DNA from: an uncultured Thermoplasmatales archaeon
Lineage (GTDB): Archaea > Thermoplasmatota > E2 > UBA202 > DSCA01
Reading direction: 5' to 3'
Assembly (NCBI GenBank): GCA_964514975.1
Contig: CAZESS010000005.1
Span: 33,678 to 97,677 of the forward strand
DNA length: 64,000 bases
In this document: positions 28,680-38,377 of the stretch, one piece after another
Layout of the letters: each line of letters opens with the position of its first letter
How positions within the stretch are numbered: the first letter of the stretch is position 1
The notes under the pieces: model-generated
What the model saw: only the letters and a program-made list of their open reading frames with translations
What the model was told of the DNA's origin: nothing
Databases searched by the model: none
Made by a program: the position numbers and the translations under genes

Positions 28680-29111
28680 ATGGCACGGAGAAGCAGACGG
28701 AAGAAGAAAAAGCTCGACCTGGGCGCGAAGAAGGAGTTTACCTATCGCGGCCTGAGCGTCGACGAGATGAGGAAGATGTCAGTCGATGAGTTCCTGCAGT
28801 ATCTGCCCGCACGGAAGCGCCGCAGCCTGACGCGCGGCATGACCAGGGAGCAGAACAAGCTGCTGCAGCGCGTCAAGGATGCAGACGACGGCGACATCAT
28901 CCGCACGCATCTCAGAGACATGGTCATCCTACCCCCGTTTTTCGACCGGGAGATTGCGGTGCACAACGGCACCGAGTTCGTTCGGGTCAAGATACAGCCC
29001 GAGATGGTCGGGCATTACCTCGGCGAGTTCGCCAGAACACGGAAGGAAGTGAAACATACCGGACCGGGACTGGGGGCAACGCGCTCCTCCAAGTTCCTGC
29101 CCCTGAAGTGA
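28680..29111 (+). CDS. rps19: 30S ribosomal protein S19
   Basis: RTHLRDMVILP, MVGHYLGEF and GATRSSKFLPLK. Confidence 0.97.
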   Translation: MARRSRRKKKKLDLGAKKEFTYRGLSVDEMRKMSVDEFLQYLPARKRRSLTRGMTREQNKLLQRVKDADDGDIIRTHLRDMVILPPFFDREIAVHNGTEFVRVKIQPEMVGHYLGEFARTRKEVKHTGPGLGATRSSKFLPLK

Positions 29112-29115
29112 TATC

Positions 29116-29568
29116 ATGAGCTATTCAGCACATAGAAACCCGGAAAGAAGTGCCCGCGCCCTCGGCAGCGAGCTGCACTGCTCGCCGAAGCATTCCCAGA
29201 ACATCATGCGGGCCATCAAGGGCATGTCCATCGAGGAAGCAAAGCAGTTCCTGGAGGACGTCATCGCCAAGAAGCGGGCGGTGCCGTTCACCACGCACAA
29301 CCGTGACGTGTCGCATCGCAAGGGCATGGGGCCCGGTGCATATCCTGAAAAAGCATCGCAGCTCATCCTGCGCGTGCTCAAGAACGCGGAGAACAACGCC
29401 GAGTATAAGGGACTCGACACGGAGAACATGATTATTTCGCATGCCTCGGCCTACAAGGGACAGAAGATAGAGGGGATGATGCCCCGCGCCTTCGGCAGGT
29501 CGAGCCCGAAAAACAAGCAGACGACCAATGCAGAACTCATTATAGAGGAGAAAGAATATGGCGATTGA
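29116..29568 (+). CDS. rpl22: 50S ribosomal protein L22
   Basis: SPKHS, NAENNAEYKGLD and PRAFGR. Confidence 0.97.
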   Translation: MSYSAHRNPERSARALGSELHCSPKHSQNIMRAIKGMSIEEAKQFLEDVIAKKRAVPFTTHNRDVSHRKGMGPGAYPEKASQLILRVLKNAENNAEYKGLDTENMIISHASAYKGQKIEGMMPRAFGRSSPKNKQTTNAELIIEEKEYGD

Positions 29569-30484
29569 GCGAAAGTTCGTCCAGGAAGGAGCGAAACGGA
29601 TGCTTATCAGAGAGTACCTGGAAAAAGAGACGGAGCGCGCGGGCTTCGGCGGCCTGGAGATACAGCGGACGCCCCTGGGCACGCTGCTCTCGCTGTCGAC
29701 GGAGCGACCGGGCATCGTCATCGGCCGCGGCGGCAAAAACGTGAAGGCGCTGACCAAGAACCTCGAGGACCACTTCGGACTCGAAAACCCGCAGCTTGAG
29801 GTCGAGGAGATCGGCAACCAGGCCCCGCTCAACGGGCAGATCATGGCGCAGAAGGTCGCCTCGGCGCTGGAGCGCGGCTGGCATTTCCGGCGCGTCGGCC
29901 ATTCCACGGTGCGGCGCATCATGGGTTCCGGTGCGCGTGGCTGTCAGGTCATCATTTCCGGCAAAATCACGGGTTCGCGCCATCGAACCGAGAAGTTCAC
30001 CAAGGGCCATGTCAAGTACTGCGGCGAGGTCGCCAGCGAGGTCATGGACGAGGGTATCGCGGTGGCGAAGAAAAAAGCCGGCGTGCTTGGCGTCAAGGTC
30101 CGTATCATGCGGCCGGATGCGAAGATGCCCGACGAGGTAGAGATCGTGCACGAGCCGGACGAAGAAGAAAAGAAGGAGGAAGCGGCACCTACCGAGGAGG
30201 CGGAGGAACAAAAGGCAGCGCCGGAGAAAAAAGAGAAAAAGGAGGAGAAGCCGGCGAAGAAAAAGCAGAAGGCGGCGCCGGAGGCATCACAGATGGATGA
30301 GCTCAACCTGAAGGACATCTCCGGCATCGGCGGGAGCATGATGAAACGGCTGCAGAAAGCCGGCATCGAGGACGTCAGGGAACTCTACGAGATGAGCATC
30401 GATGATTTAACGGAAGTGAAGGGTATCGGCGTGACGAAGGCCAAGCAGCTCAAGGACGCGATTGAGAAGGCGGTGAAACAGTGA
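29558..30484 (+). CDS. rps3: 30S ribosomal protein S3 with charged linker and C-terminal HhH domain
   Basis: KH motif PGIVIGRGG, GVLGVKVRIM; extension with ISGIG and VKGIG HhH motifs. Confidence 0.96.
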   Translation: MAIERKFVQEGAKRMLIREYLEKETERAGFGGLEIQRTPLGTLLSLSTERPGIVIGRGGKNVKALTKNLEDHFGLENPQLEVEEIGNQAPLNGQIMAQKVASALERGWHFRRVGHSTVRRIMGSGARGCQVIISGKITGSRHRTEKFTKGHVKYCGEVASEVMDEGIAVAKKKAGVLGVKVRIMRPDAKMPDEVEIVHEPDEEEKKEEAAPTEEAEEQKAAPEKKEKKEEKPAKKKQKAAPEASQMDELNLKDISGIGGSMMKRLQKAGIEDVRELYEMSIDDLTEVKGIGVTKAKQLKDAIEKAVKQ

Positions 30485-30681
30485 AGCCGCAAGATATGCG
30501 TGAGATGGACAGCGCCGAGCGCCACGAGCAGCTTGAAGACTGGCGGAACGAGCTGATGGAGGAATACGGCCGGGCGGCAATGGGCGGCTCGCCGCAGTCC
30601 CCGGGGCGCATCCGGTGGATTCGTCGCAACATAGCTCGAATGTTGACCATTATGCGGGAGGAAGGAGAACTGAATGAGTGA
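30481..30681 (+). CDS. rpl29: 50S ribosomal protein L29
   Basis: PGRIRWIRRNIARMLTI; operon position. Confidence 0.94.
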   Translation: MKPQDMREMDSAERHEQLEDWRNELMEEYGRAAMGGSPQSPGRIRWIRRNIARMLTIMREEGELNE

Positions 30682-30973
30682 GATTTGTCCTGTCTGCGGC
30701 CTGCCCGAAGAATTGTGTGTCTGTGAGAACATCGCCCGGGAAGGACAGGAGATAACGATTTACACCGAAAAACGACGCTATGGGAAGAAGATGACCGTGA
30801 TAGAAGGACTCGACGACGCCGACATCGACATCGAGGGGCTGAGCAAACAACTGAAAACATGCTGCGCCTGCGGCGGCACCGTCAAGGACCGCAGGATAGA
30901 GCTACAGGGCAGCCATAAGCAGAAGGCGCGGGAGCGACTGGAAGAGCTTGGATTTGCCGTTGACGTGGAATGA
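30674..30973 (+). CDS. Translation initiation factor aIF1 (SUI1 family)
   Basis: CPVCGLPEELCVC, RRYGK, CACGGT and IELQG. Confidence 0.95.
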   Translation: MSEICPVCGLPEELCVCENIAREGQEITIYTEKRRYGKKMTVIEGLDDADIDIEGLSKQLKTCCACGGTVKDRRIELQGSHKQKARERLEELGFAVDVE

Positions 30974-31221
30974 TGCACAGGAAAACATTTATGAAGCACG
31001 AGTTCATAGGCCTCCCGATACGCGTAACGGAAGCGACGGACCCCACAGTGCAGGGTGTCGAAGGCACCGTCATCGACGAAACGAAAAACATGTTCGTCAT
31101 CCAGAACGACGAACGCAAATGGGTGCCGAAACGCCACGCCGTGTTTGAGATAGACGGCGTTGAAGTGCGCGGCGACGACATCGCATACCGGCCCGAAGAC
31201 AGAATAGGAAAGATAAAATGA
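30970..31221 (+). CDS. rnp1: Ribonuclease P protein component 1 (Rpp29)
   Basis: HEFIGL, GTVIDETKNM and RPEDRI. Confidence 0.94.
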   Translation: MMHRKTFMKHEFIGLPIRVTEATDPTVQGVEGTVIDETKNMFVIQNDERKWVPKRHAVFEIDGVEVRGDDIAYRPEDRIGKIK

Positions 31222-31532
31222 TTGGAGTTGACGTTAATAAAGAACCTGAACGTGAATGCACCGACCCACACTGCCCGTTTCACGGCATGCTGCCGGTGCG
31301 CGGCGTCGCCCTGACCGGCACCGTTGTGTCGACGGCGATGGACAAGACCATCGTGGTGCGCAAGCAGCGGATGCACCGTGTGCCGAAGTATGAGCGCTAC
31401 GAGAAGCGGAGCAGCCGGTACAAGGCGCATCTGCCGGGCTGCATCGACGTGGAAAAGGGAGACGACGTTACCATAATGGAATGCCGCCCGTTGAGTAAAA
31501 CGGTGTCGTTTGTCGTGGTGGAGAAAAAATGA
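31218..31532 (+). CDS. rps17: 30S ribosomal protein S17
   Basis: CTDPHCPFHG, PKYERYEKR and ECRPLSKT. Confidence 0.97.
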   Translation: MIGVDVNKEPERECTDPHCPFHGMLPVRGVALTGTVVSTAMDKTIVVRKQRMHRVPKYERYEKRSSRYKAHLPGCIDVEKGDDVTIMECRPLSKTVSFVVVEKK

Positions 31533-31927
31533 GAGGTATTTCATCGAAGATGACGAAGGGCGTGAGCACCGGCAGCCGCCTGGACTGCGTGGATAACACC
31601 GGTGCCAGGGTCGTCGAGGTGGTCTCGGTGAAGCACATCAAGACCACGCGCCGCCAGCAGCCATCCGCGGGCGTCGGCGACAAAATCGTGGTGACCGTCA
31701 AAAAAGGGCGTCCGGAGATGAAGCGGCAGCTCTTCGAGGCCGTGGTGGTTCGGCAGCGCCGCTCCTATCACCGCGCTGACGGCATGAGCATCCAGTTCGA
31801 GGACAATGCGGCCGTCATCATTACGCCGGAGGGCGACATGAAGGGCTCGGCTATCAAGGGCCCGGTGGCGCGCGAGGCAGCAGAACGATGGCCCCGTATC
31901 GCGGCAACAGCTTCAATGATCGTGTGA
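31529..31927 (+). CDS. rpl14: 50S ribosomal protein L14
   Basis: DNTGA, FEDNAAVI and GPVAREAAERW. Confidence 0.97.
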   Translation: MRGISSKMTKGVSTGSRLDCVDNTGARVVEVVSVKHIKTTRRQQPSAGVGDKIVVTVKKGRPEMKRQLFEAVVVRQRRSYHRADGMSIQFEDNAAVIITPEGDMKGSAIKGPVAREAAERWPRIAATASMIV

Positions 31928-31931
31928 TATC

Positions 31932-32615
31932 ATGAAATCAAGGCAGCCACGGAAACAGCGAAAAAACTATCATAACGCGCCGCTCCATGAAAAGCGGAAG
32001 CGGCTCGCATCGCATCTCGCGGAGGACCTCATCGTCAAGTACGGCAAACGACGGCTCCCCGTGGTGCGCGGCGACACCGTCAAGGTCATCCGGGGCGATT
32101 TCAAAGGCCATACGGACAAGGTCCGCGACGTCTACCTGGACAACCAGACCGTCGAGATCGAGGGGGCAGTGACCTCCAAGGTCGACGGCAGCAAGGTCCC
32201 GCAGCCCATCCATTCCTCCAACGTCATCATCACCAAGCTCAACCTTACCGACCCCTGGCGGCGGCGCAAGCTCGAGCGCGGTCTCTCCAAGGAACGGAAG
32301 GAAGAAATCGAGAAGGAAGCCGAGCAGCAAATCATCGAGCAGCAGCGCATGGAGGAGGAAGCGCTCGAAGCGGAGGAAGCCGAGGCGGAGCCCGAGGCAA
32401 CCGAGGAACCCGCTGAGGAAGCGACAGCTGAGCCGGAGGAGAGCGGGGAAACCGAGGCAGTGGAAGAAAGCGAGGATAGTGCGGAGGCGGAAGACATGAA
32501 GGGCGAAGCCTCCGAGCAACCCGAAGCCGAGGAATCCGAGGGCGAAGAACCGGTCGAGCCAGGGGCAGCAGACGTTGAAGAAAGTGAATCGGTAGAGGAA
32601 GAGGAGAAGAAGTGA
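31932..32615 (+). CDS. rpl24: 50S ribosomal protein L24 with long acidic C-terminal tail
   Basis: SRQPRKQRK, GDTVKVIRGDFKG, IHSSNV; about 100-aa Glu-rich tail. Confidence 0.95.
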   Translation: MKSRQPRKQRKNYHNAPLHEKRKRLASHLAEDLIVKYGKRRLPVVRGDTVKVIRGDFKGHTDKVRDVYLDNQTVEIEGAVTSKVDGSKVPQPIHSSNVIITKLNLTDPWRRRKLERGLSKERKEEIEKEAEQQIIEQQRMEEEALEAEEAEAEPEATEEPAEEATAEPEESGETEAVEESEDSAEAEDMKGEASEQPEAEESEGEEPVEPGAADVEESESVEEEEKK

Positions 32616-32619
32616 TATC

Positions 32620-33324
32620 ATGACACATATGAAACGTATTACCGTTCCACGGACCTGGCCGGTCGAGCGAAAAACACACAAATGGTCGCTGCGCCCGTCG
32701 CTGGGCCCGCATCCCGTCGAGCAGAGCATCCCGCTCGCGTTTGTGCTGCGTGAATATTTGGGTTATGCCGACACCGCAGGAGAGGCCCGCCACATCATTG
32801 CCTCCCGAGAGGTACTGGTGGACGGCACCGTGCGAACCGACCCACGATTTTCCTGCGGGCTGATGGACGTCATTTCGCTCCCCAAGGCAAATGAGCATTA
32901 CCGGGTGCTCGTGGACGCCAAGGGCACCATCAGGCTCGTCTCCATCAGCAAAAAAGATGCGGCCTGGAAGCTGTGCAGAGTGCAGAACAAGACCACAGTG
33001 AAGGGCGGCGCCATCCAGCTCAACCTGCACGACGGACGGAACATCATCGCGGAGCAGGAATACGGCACCGGCGACGTGGTGAAGCTGGCAATGCCAGACC
33101 AGGAGATCCTGAAGAGTTTCCCGCTGGCACCGGGCAGCATCGCCATGGTCACCAATGGAAAACATGCCGGTGAAATAGCGACGATAACCGCCGTGGAAAC
33201 CACGCGGAGCTCGCGCCCCAACGTGGTCAAACTCGAAGAATTCTCCACCATCGAACCCTACGTGTTCGTCGTCGGCACCGACACGGCACTGGTCACTTCT
33301 CCCGAGGTGAGCGTCTATGACTGA
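32620..33324 (+). CDS. rps4e: 30S ribosomal protein S4e
   Basis: HMKRITVPRTW, QLNLHDGRN and GKHAG. Confidence 0.97.
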   Translation: MTHMKRITVPRTWPVERKTHKWSLRPSLGPHPVEQSIPLAFVLREYLGYADTAGEARHIIASREVLVDGTVRTDPRFSCGLMDVISLPKANEHYRVLVDAKGTIRLVSISKKDAAWKLCRVQNKTTVKGGAIQLNLHDGRNIIAEQEYGTGDVVKLAMPDQEILKSFPLAPGSIAMVTNGKHAGEIATITAVETTRSSRPNVVKLEEFSTIEPYVFVVGTDTALVTSPEVSVYD

Positions 33325-33835
33325 GACAACAAACGAGATGAAATCACTCAGGGTCGAAAAGGTCACGGTCAACATCGGCGTCGGCGAGGGCGGCGAACGG
33401 CTGCGGAAGGCCCGGCAGGTACTTGAGGCAGTCACCAAACAGGACGCCATCCTCACGACATCGAAAACCATCAACAAGGACTGGGACATCAGAAAGGACA
33501 TGCTCATCGGCTGCAAGGTCACGCTCCGCGGCGAAAAAGCTGAGGATTTCCTCAAGCGGGCGCTGCAGACCAGAAACAAAAAAATAGCGGACTGGTCGTT
33601 TGACGAGCAGGGCAACGTCTCGTTCGGCATCCCCGACCACACGGATTTCAAGGAGATGAAATACGACCCGAACATCGGCGTGTTCGGCATGGACGTCTGC
33701 GTCACCATCGAACGACCCGGCTTCCGGGTGAAGAAACGGCGCGTTCAGCCCCGGAAAATACCGAAGCGACATCGCATTATGCCCGAGGAAACAATGGATT
33801 TCATGGAAGAAGCATTCGACGTCGAGGTGGTCTAA
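33317..33835 (+). CDS. rpl5: 50S ribosomal protein L5
   Basis: [20 protein letters not shown] and [11 protein letters not shown]. Confidence 0.97.
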   Translation: MTETTNEMKSLRVEKVTVNIGVGEGGERLRKARQVLEAVTKQDAILTTSKTINKDWDIRKDMLIGCKVTLRGEKAEDFLKRALQTRNKKIADWSFDEQGNVSFGIPDHTDFKEMKYDPNIGVFGMDVCVTIERPGFRVKKRRVQPRKIPKRHRIMPEETMDFMEEAFDVEVV

Positions 33836-33837
33836 GC

Positions 33838-33996
33838 ATGGTGAAAATCAAGGAAAAAGATAAAGAATACGGACGGCAGAAGGGCTGCATCCGCTGCGGA
33901 CGGAAGCGCGGCATCATCAGGAAATACGGGCTTCGTCTCTGCCGGCAGTGCTTCAGGGAGACGGCGGAGGAAATCGGCTTCAAAAAGTATTCATAG
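33838..33996 (+). CDS. rps14: 30S ribosomal protein S14 (Zn-binding; below the ORF-track cutoff)
   Basis: Translated by hand: [52 protein letters not shown]. Confidence 0.95.
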   Translation: MVKIKEKDKEYGRQKGCIRCGRKRGIIRKYGLRLCRQCFRETAEEIGFKKYS

Positions 33997-34047
33997 TTTT
34001 TACCGTAAATCTAAAAAGAGCGTGTCGATACCAGTACACGGGTGACC

Positions 34048-35802
34048 ATGGAACAGGGTCAACAGTACACCAGGCAGCCCATCGTGCTGGTGTCGGGGCA
34101 CGTGGACCACGGGAAGACGACGCTTCTCGACCATATCAGAGGGACGACGGTCACCCTCCGGGAGGCGGGCGCCATCACACAGCACATCGGAGCCACCGAG
34201 GTTCCCATCGAGATTATCCAGGATCTCTGCGGAGCGCTGCTCAAGGATGACCGGTTTGACGTTCCCGGCCTGCTGTTCATCGACACGCCCGGCCATCATG
34301 CGTTTACCACGCTGCGGTCCCGCGGCGGCGCGCTTGCGGACCTCGCGGTCGTCGTCGTGGATATCAACGACGGGTTGATGCCGCAGTCGTTTGAGGCCAT
34401 CGACATTTTGAAGAAATATCGGACGCCGTTCATCGTGGCGGTCAACAAGATAGATACCATCCAGGGCTGGCGACAGACCGATGGCTGCGTCGGCGACCGT
34501 CTGGGACAGCAGAGCGACCGCACCCGGAAGATTTTCGAGGATAACTTTTATGAAATCGTCGAGGAGCTCTATGACCGCGGGTTTTCCTCCGACCGGTATG
34601 ACCGCATCCGTAATTTCACGAAAAACGTAGCGCTGGTGCCGATTTCGGCGGAGACCGGCGAGGGCGTCGCCGAGCTGCTCATGGTGATGGTGGGGCTGGC
34701 GCAGCGGTATCTCGAAAACAACCTGCAGACGGCGGCGCGTCCCGCGGAGGGAACCGTCCTCGAGGTCAAGGAGGAAAAAGGCCTGGGGACGACCATCGAC
34801 GTTATCATCCACAGCGGCGTCATCCGTGCCGATGATGCCATCGTCGTCGGCGGAAAAAACGGCCCGATTGTGACCTCCATCCGGGCGCTGCTGAAGCCCC
34901 GCCCCCTCGACGAGATACGCGACCCGTCGGAGCGGTTTCGCCATGTCGACGAGGCGCGAGCTGCCACGGGCGTAAAGATAGCGGCGCCCGACCTTGATGA
35001 CGTGTTCGCCGGTGCACCGCTCCGGGTGACAGGTGCCAACGTAGAGGGGGACATCGACGCGGTTGAGGACGAGATGAAGATAGACATTCCAACCGAGGAG
35101 GAGGGCATCATCATCAAGGCGGACGCGATCGGCTCGCTGGAGGCGCTCGCAACCCTTTTGAAGGACACCAGGCTCCGGAAGGCGGACGTGGGCAGCATCA
35201 CCAAAACAGAGGTGGTCGAGGCGTCGACCAACGAGGACCCTCTCCATCGCGTCGTGCTGGGCTTCAACACCAGGGTGCTCCCCGAGGCGAAGGAGGCCGC
35301 CCGCGACACCGATGTCCACATCATCCAGAGCCCGGTCATCCATACCATCCTGGAGGAGCTGGAGCGCTGGCGGGACGAGCGGACGCGGGAGCTCGAGGAG
35401 CAAAAGCGCCAGGAGGTCGTGCATCCGGGCGAGGTACTCTTTTTGCGGGACTGCACGTTCCGGGTGAGCAAGCCCGCCGTGATAGGCGTGCGGGTGCTCG
35501 CCGGCGAGATACGGCCGATGCAGCGGCTGATGCGACAGGATGGCACCACCATCGGCAGGATAAAGAGCATCCAGCAGGAGCAGCAGACCATCGACAAGGC
35601 AACGCAGGGCATGGAGGTCGCCATCGCCATCGAGGGCGCCACGGTCGGCCGGCAGATAAAGCCGGAGCAGACCCTGTATGTCGACATCCCGTCCGGGGCG
35701 GCGCAGCAGCTCGCCGACATGGCCCTGTCGCCCGAGGAGCAGGACGTCCTCGAAAAGGTAACGAAGATAAAGCGGAAAGAGGACGCCTTCTGGGGCATCT
35801 AG
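34048..35802 (+). CDS. infB: Translation initiation factor aIF5B (IF2)
   Basis: GHVDHGKTT, EAGAITQHIGA, DTPGH, NKID and KADAIGSLEAL. Confidence 0.97.
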   Translation: MEQGQQYTRQPIVLVSGHVDHGKTTLLDHIRGTTVTLREAGAITQHIGATEVPIEIIQDLCGALLKDDRFDVPGLLFIDTPGHHAFTTLRSRGGALADLAVVVVDINDGLMPQSFEAIDILKKYRTPFIVAVNKIDTIQGWRQTDGCVGDRLGQQSDRTRKIFEDNFYEIVEELYDRGFSSDRYDRIRNFTKNVALVPISAETGEGVAELLMVMVGLAQRYLENNLQTAARPAEGTVLEVKEEKGLGTTIDVIIHSGVIRADDAIVVGGKNGPIVTSIRALLKPRPLDEIRDPSERFRHVDEARAATGVKIAAPDLDDVFAGAPLRVTGANVEGDIDAVEDEMKIDIPTEEEGIIIKADAIGSLEALATLLKDTRLRKADVGSITKTEVVEASTNEDPLHRVVLGFNTRVLPEAKEAARDTDVHIIQSPVIHTILEELERWRDERTRELEEQKRQEVVHPGEVLFLRDCTFRVSKPAVIGVRVLAGEIRPMQRLMRQDGTTIGRIKSIQQEQQTIDKATQGMEVAIAIEGATVGRQIKPEQTLYVDIPSGAAQQLADMALSPEEQDVLEKVTKIKRKEDAFWGI

Positions 35803-35838
35803 CAGATATTTTTTTATATGGCGCCCCGATAGTACCCC

Positions 35839-37749
35839 ATGGCACAATATACCAGGAAAATATTCATTAAAACCATGGCCGCCATCGCGGTGGCACTCCT
35901 GCTGTTCGGCGGCGGCATCGCCGGGTTTTCCGGACGTATATCTCTGGAAGCGCAGCCCCATACGGATAGCATGGCGAAGGCCAGAGCGTTCACGATGCAG
36001 CCGTCGGCGCCGCAGGTCGAGCAGCAGCCTGATGGATGGAGCGGCATCACCGTTGCGGAGGCGAGTGCCGTGACCATGAACGAGGGCGAGCCGATGCTGC
36101 CCTACATGACGAAGACGGTGACGTTTCCGCTGGGCACCTCTATCCGGGATGTCCGTGTGTCCATCGGAGCGATAACGGAGCGGCAGCTTGACAACCCCGT
36201 CGCGCCGGCGCCCCGGCCGCTGCCGCACAACATGCAGCTGGTCGAACAGGTGCAGGAACAGGGCCCCGTATACGGCAGCAGCGAGCTGTATCCCGCGGAA
36301 TGGCTCCGCTGGCATACCGGCGCCGGCCTGCATCATGGCGAGCATGTCACATTTCTTACGCTGCAGGTCTTTCCCGTGCGCTATGTCCCGACGGCAAACA
36401 TGATGCACTATGTCGAAGACATCGAGGTCGAGGTGAGCTACGAGGAGCCCGCCGAGCCGCTGTTGACCGCCGACGAATACGACCTCCTTATCATATCGCC
36501 TCAGAAGTTCACCGACGCGTTGCAGCCCCTCGTCATCCACAAGGAAGACCACGGGCTTGCAACCAAGCTCGTCGCGCTCGACGAGGTATATGCCTCGGCG
36601 GAGGGTCGTGACGAGGCTGAACAGATAAAGTATTACATCAAGGATGCGCTGGAAAACTGGGGCATCAGCTACGTGCTGCTGGTCGGCGGCCGCAACGGCG
36701 GCCTCCTGCAGGAGAAATGGTGGTGCCCCGTCCGGTATACGTATTTGAATGCCAACGACGGCGACAAGCGGTTCCTCAGCGACCTCTATTTTGCGGACAT
36801 CTACAACGCCACCGGTGCCTTCGAGACCTGGGACACCGACGACAACGACCGGTTCGGCGAATGGAGCTGGACGGGCAAGGACGAACTGGACATGTTCCCC
36901 GACGTCTATCTCGGTCGGCTGGCCTGCCGGAACGTGTACGAGGTCAACGTCATGGTCGACAAGATAATCATGTATGAGACCACGGCTGCCGGCAGCGACT
37001 GGGCCACCCGGTATCTGGGCATCGGCGGTGACACCTTCCCCGGCGACCAGTGGTACGACGGCGAGGAGACCGTCCTCAAGACGATAGAATATCTGGAGCC
37101 GCTCGGCATCGAGCCGACAATGCTGTTCACCTCGGACGGGACCCTTGCCGAGGGGCAGGACATCATTGACGGCGTCAGCGAGGGATACGGTTTCCTGCAC
37201 TTCGAGGGACATGGCAACCCGATGAGCTGGGCGAACCATCCCCCACAGGACGGAGACACGTGGATCGGCATCGACGAGACACAGTTCATGCTGTTCGGCA
37301 ACGAGGGCATGTACCCCGTCTGCGTCATCGGCGGATGCAGCAACAGCAAGTTCAATATCAGCGTGCTCAACCTGCTGAAGTTCAGCGAGCTCGGCGCCAT
37401 CATCGCGCATTCGGACTACGGACCGGAGAGTTTCGGCTGGTGGATCGTCAGAGCCACCGATAAGGGCGCGATTGCCAGCATCGGCTGCACCTCCTACGGC
37501 TACGGGAAACCGGGCGATAGCGACGGCGACGGCGTCTTCGACGGCATACAGTACCGGGGCGGGTTCATAGACATCGAGTTTTTCAGGGTATACGCTCAGG
37601 AGGGCAAAGACATGCTTGGAGCAGCTCACGGGACGGCTCTCACCCGCTACCTTGAGAAGTTCCCGGCCATGTCAGACCTGATAGACGGCAAGACGGTCGA
37701 GGAATGGGTCCTGCTCGGCGACCCCAGCCTCAAAATCGGCGGCTACTAG
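35839..37749 (+). CDS. Secreted C25 (gingipain-like) cysteine peptidase with propeptide
   Basis: Signal peptide; YVLLVGG, SDLYFAD, PDVYLGRL, FEGHGN (His), GGCSN (Cys) and LLGDPSL. Confidence 0.92.
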   Translation: MAQYTRKIFIKTMAAIAVALLLFGGGIAGFSGRISLEAQPHTDSMAKARAFTMQPSAPQVEQQPDGWSGITVAEASAVTMNEGEPMLPYMTKTVTFPLGTSIRDVRVSIGAITERQLDNPVAPAPRPLPHNMQLVEQVQEQGPVYGSSELYPAEWLRWHTGAGLHHGEHVTFLTLQVFPVRYVPTANMMHYVEDIEVEVSYEEPAEPLLTADEYDLLIISPQKFTDALQPLVIHKEDHGLATKLVALDEVYASAEGRDEAEQIKYYIKDALENWGISYVLLVGGRNGGLLQEKWWCPVRYTYLNANDGDKRFLSDLYFADIYNATGAFETWDTDDNDRFGEWSWTGKDELDMFPDVYLGRLACRNVYEVNVMVDKIIMYETTAAGSDWATRYLGIGGDTFPGDQWYDGEETVLKTIEYLEPLGIEPTMLFTSDGTLAEGQDIIDGVSEGYGFLHFEGHGNPMSWANHPPQDGDTWIGIDETQFMLFGNEGMYPVCVIGGCSNSKFNISVLNLLKFSELGAIIAHSDYGPESFGWWIVRATDKGAIASIGCTSYGYGKPGDSDGDGVFDGIQYRGGFIDIEFFRVYAQEGKDMLGAAHGTALTRYLEKFPAMSDLIDGKTVEEWVLLGDPSLKIGGY

Positions 37750-38341
37750 CCGCCATTGTTTCCTCTATCTTCTCTTTGCAGATGTCCACCAGCGTTTCGG
37801 ATGGCAGCGTGGCATCCAGGACGACGAAACGGTCCTCCTCCCGGGCGAGGCGTCGATAGTTGTCCTGCACCTCCTGGAGAAAGACGTTATGCTCGAAGGG
37901 GGACAGCGCCCGGTCGTCGATGCGGCGGAGCGCCACGTCGGGGTCGAGCACGAACAGAAACGTGAGGTCAGGCAGGATGCAGAACGGGCGATGCAGGCCG
38001 CGGAGCCATGCAAGCGGCGTCTCTATCTTATCAAGGTGGACAGCCTGGTAGGCGATGGTCGAGTCCATGTACCGGTCGCAGAGCACCATGCTGCCGTCGT
38101 CGAGCCATTCACGGATACGCATGGTGTGCTCCACCCGGTCGGCCATGAACAGAAACGCGGATGTCGCTGCGGCGCACTGCTCCGCCACGCCGCGGTCGAC
38201 TGCATCACCCAGCCATGTATCCGTTGGCTCCTTCGTCCAGACCACCTCGTGTTGCTGCTCGAGCAGCCGGGCGAGGCTATGCGATGCGGTGGTCTTGCCG
38301 GAACCGTCGATGCCCTCGAAGGTGAAAAACCAGCCGGCCAT
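37730..38341 (-). CDS. tmk: Thymidylate kinase
   Basis: FEGIDGSGKTT and CDRYMDSTIAYQ. Confidence 0.95.
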   Translation of the reverse strand: MAGWFFTFEGIDGSGKTTASHSLARLLEQQHEVVWTKEPTDTWLGDAVDRGVAEQCAAATSAFLFMADRVEHTMRIREWLDDGSMVLCDRYMDSTIAYQAVHLDKIETPLAWLRGLHRPFCILPDLTFLFVLDPDVALRRIDDRALSPFEHNVFLQEVQDNYRRLAREEDRFVVLDATLPSETLVDICKEKIEETMAASSRRF

Positions 38342-38377
38342 ACAGGTGAATGACATGCCGTGATATTAAGTGCACGG

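Noticed and set aside
34000-37629. 1209-aa minus-strand ORF, and other long antisense ORFs such as 44807..46084, 7310..8281 and 32332..33708
   Set aside because: Shadow frames of well-identified genes in GC-rich DNA; no motifs.
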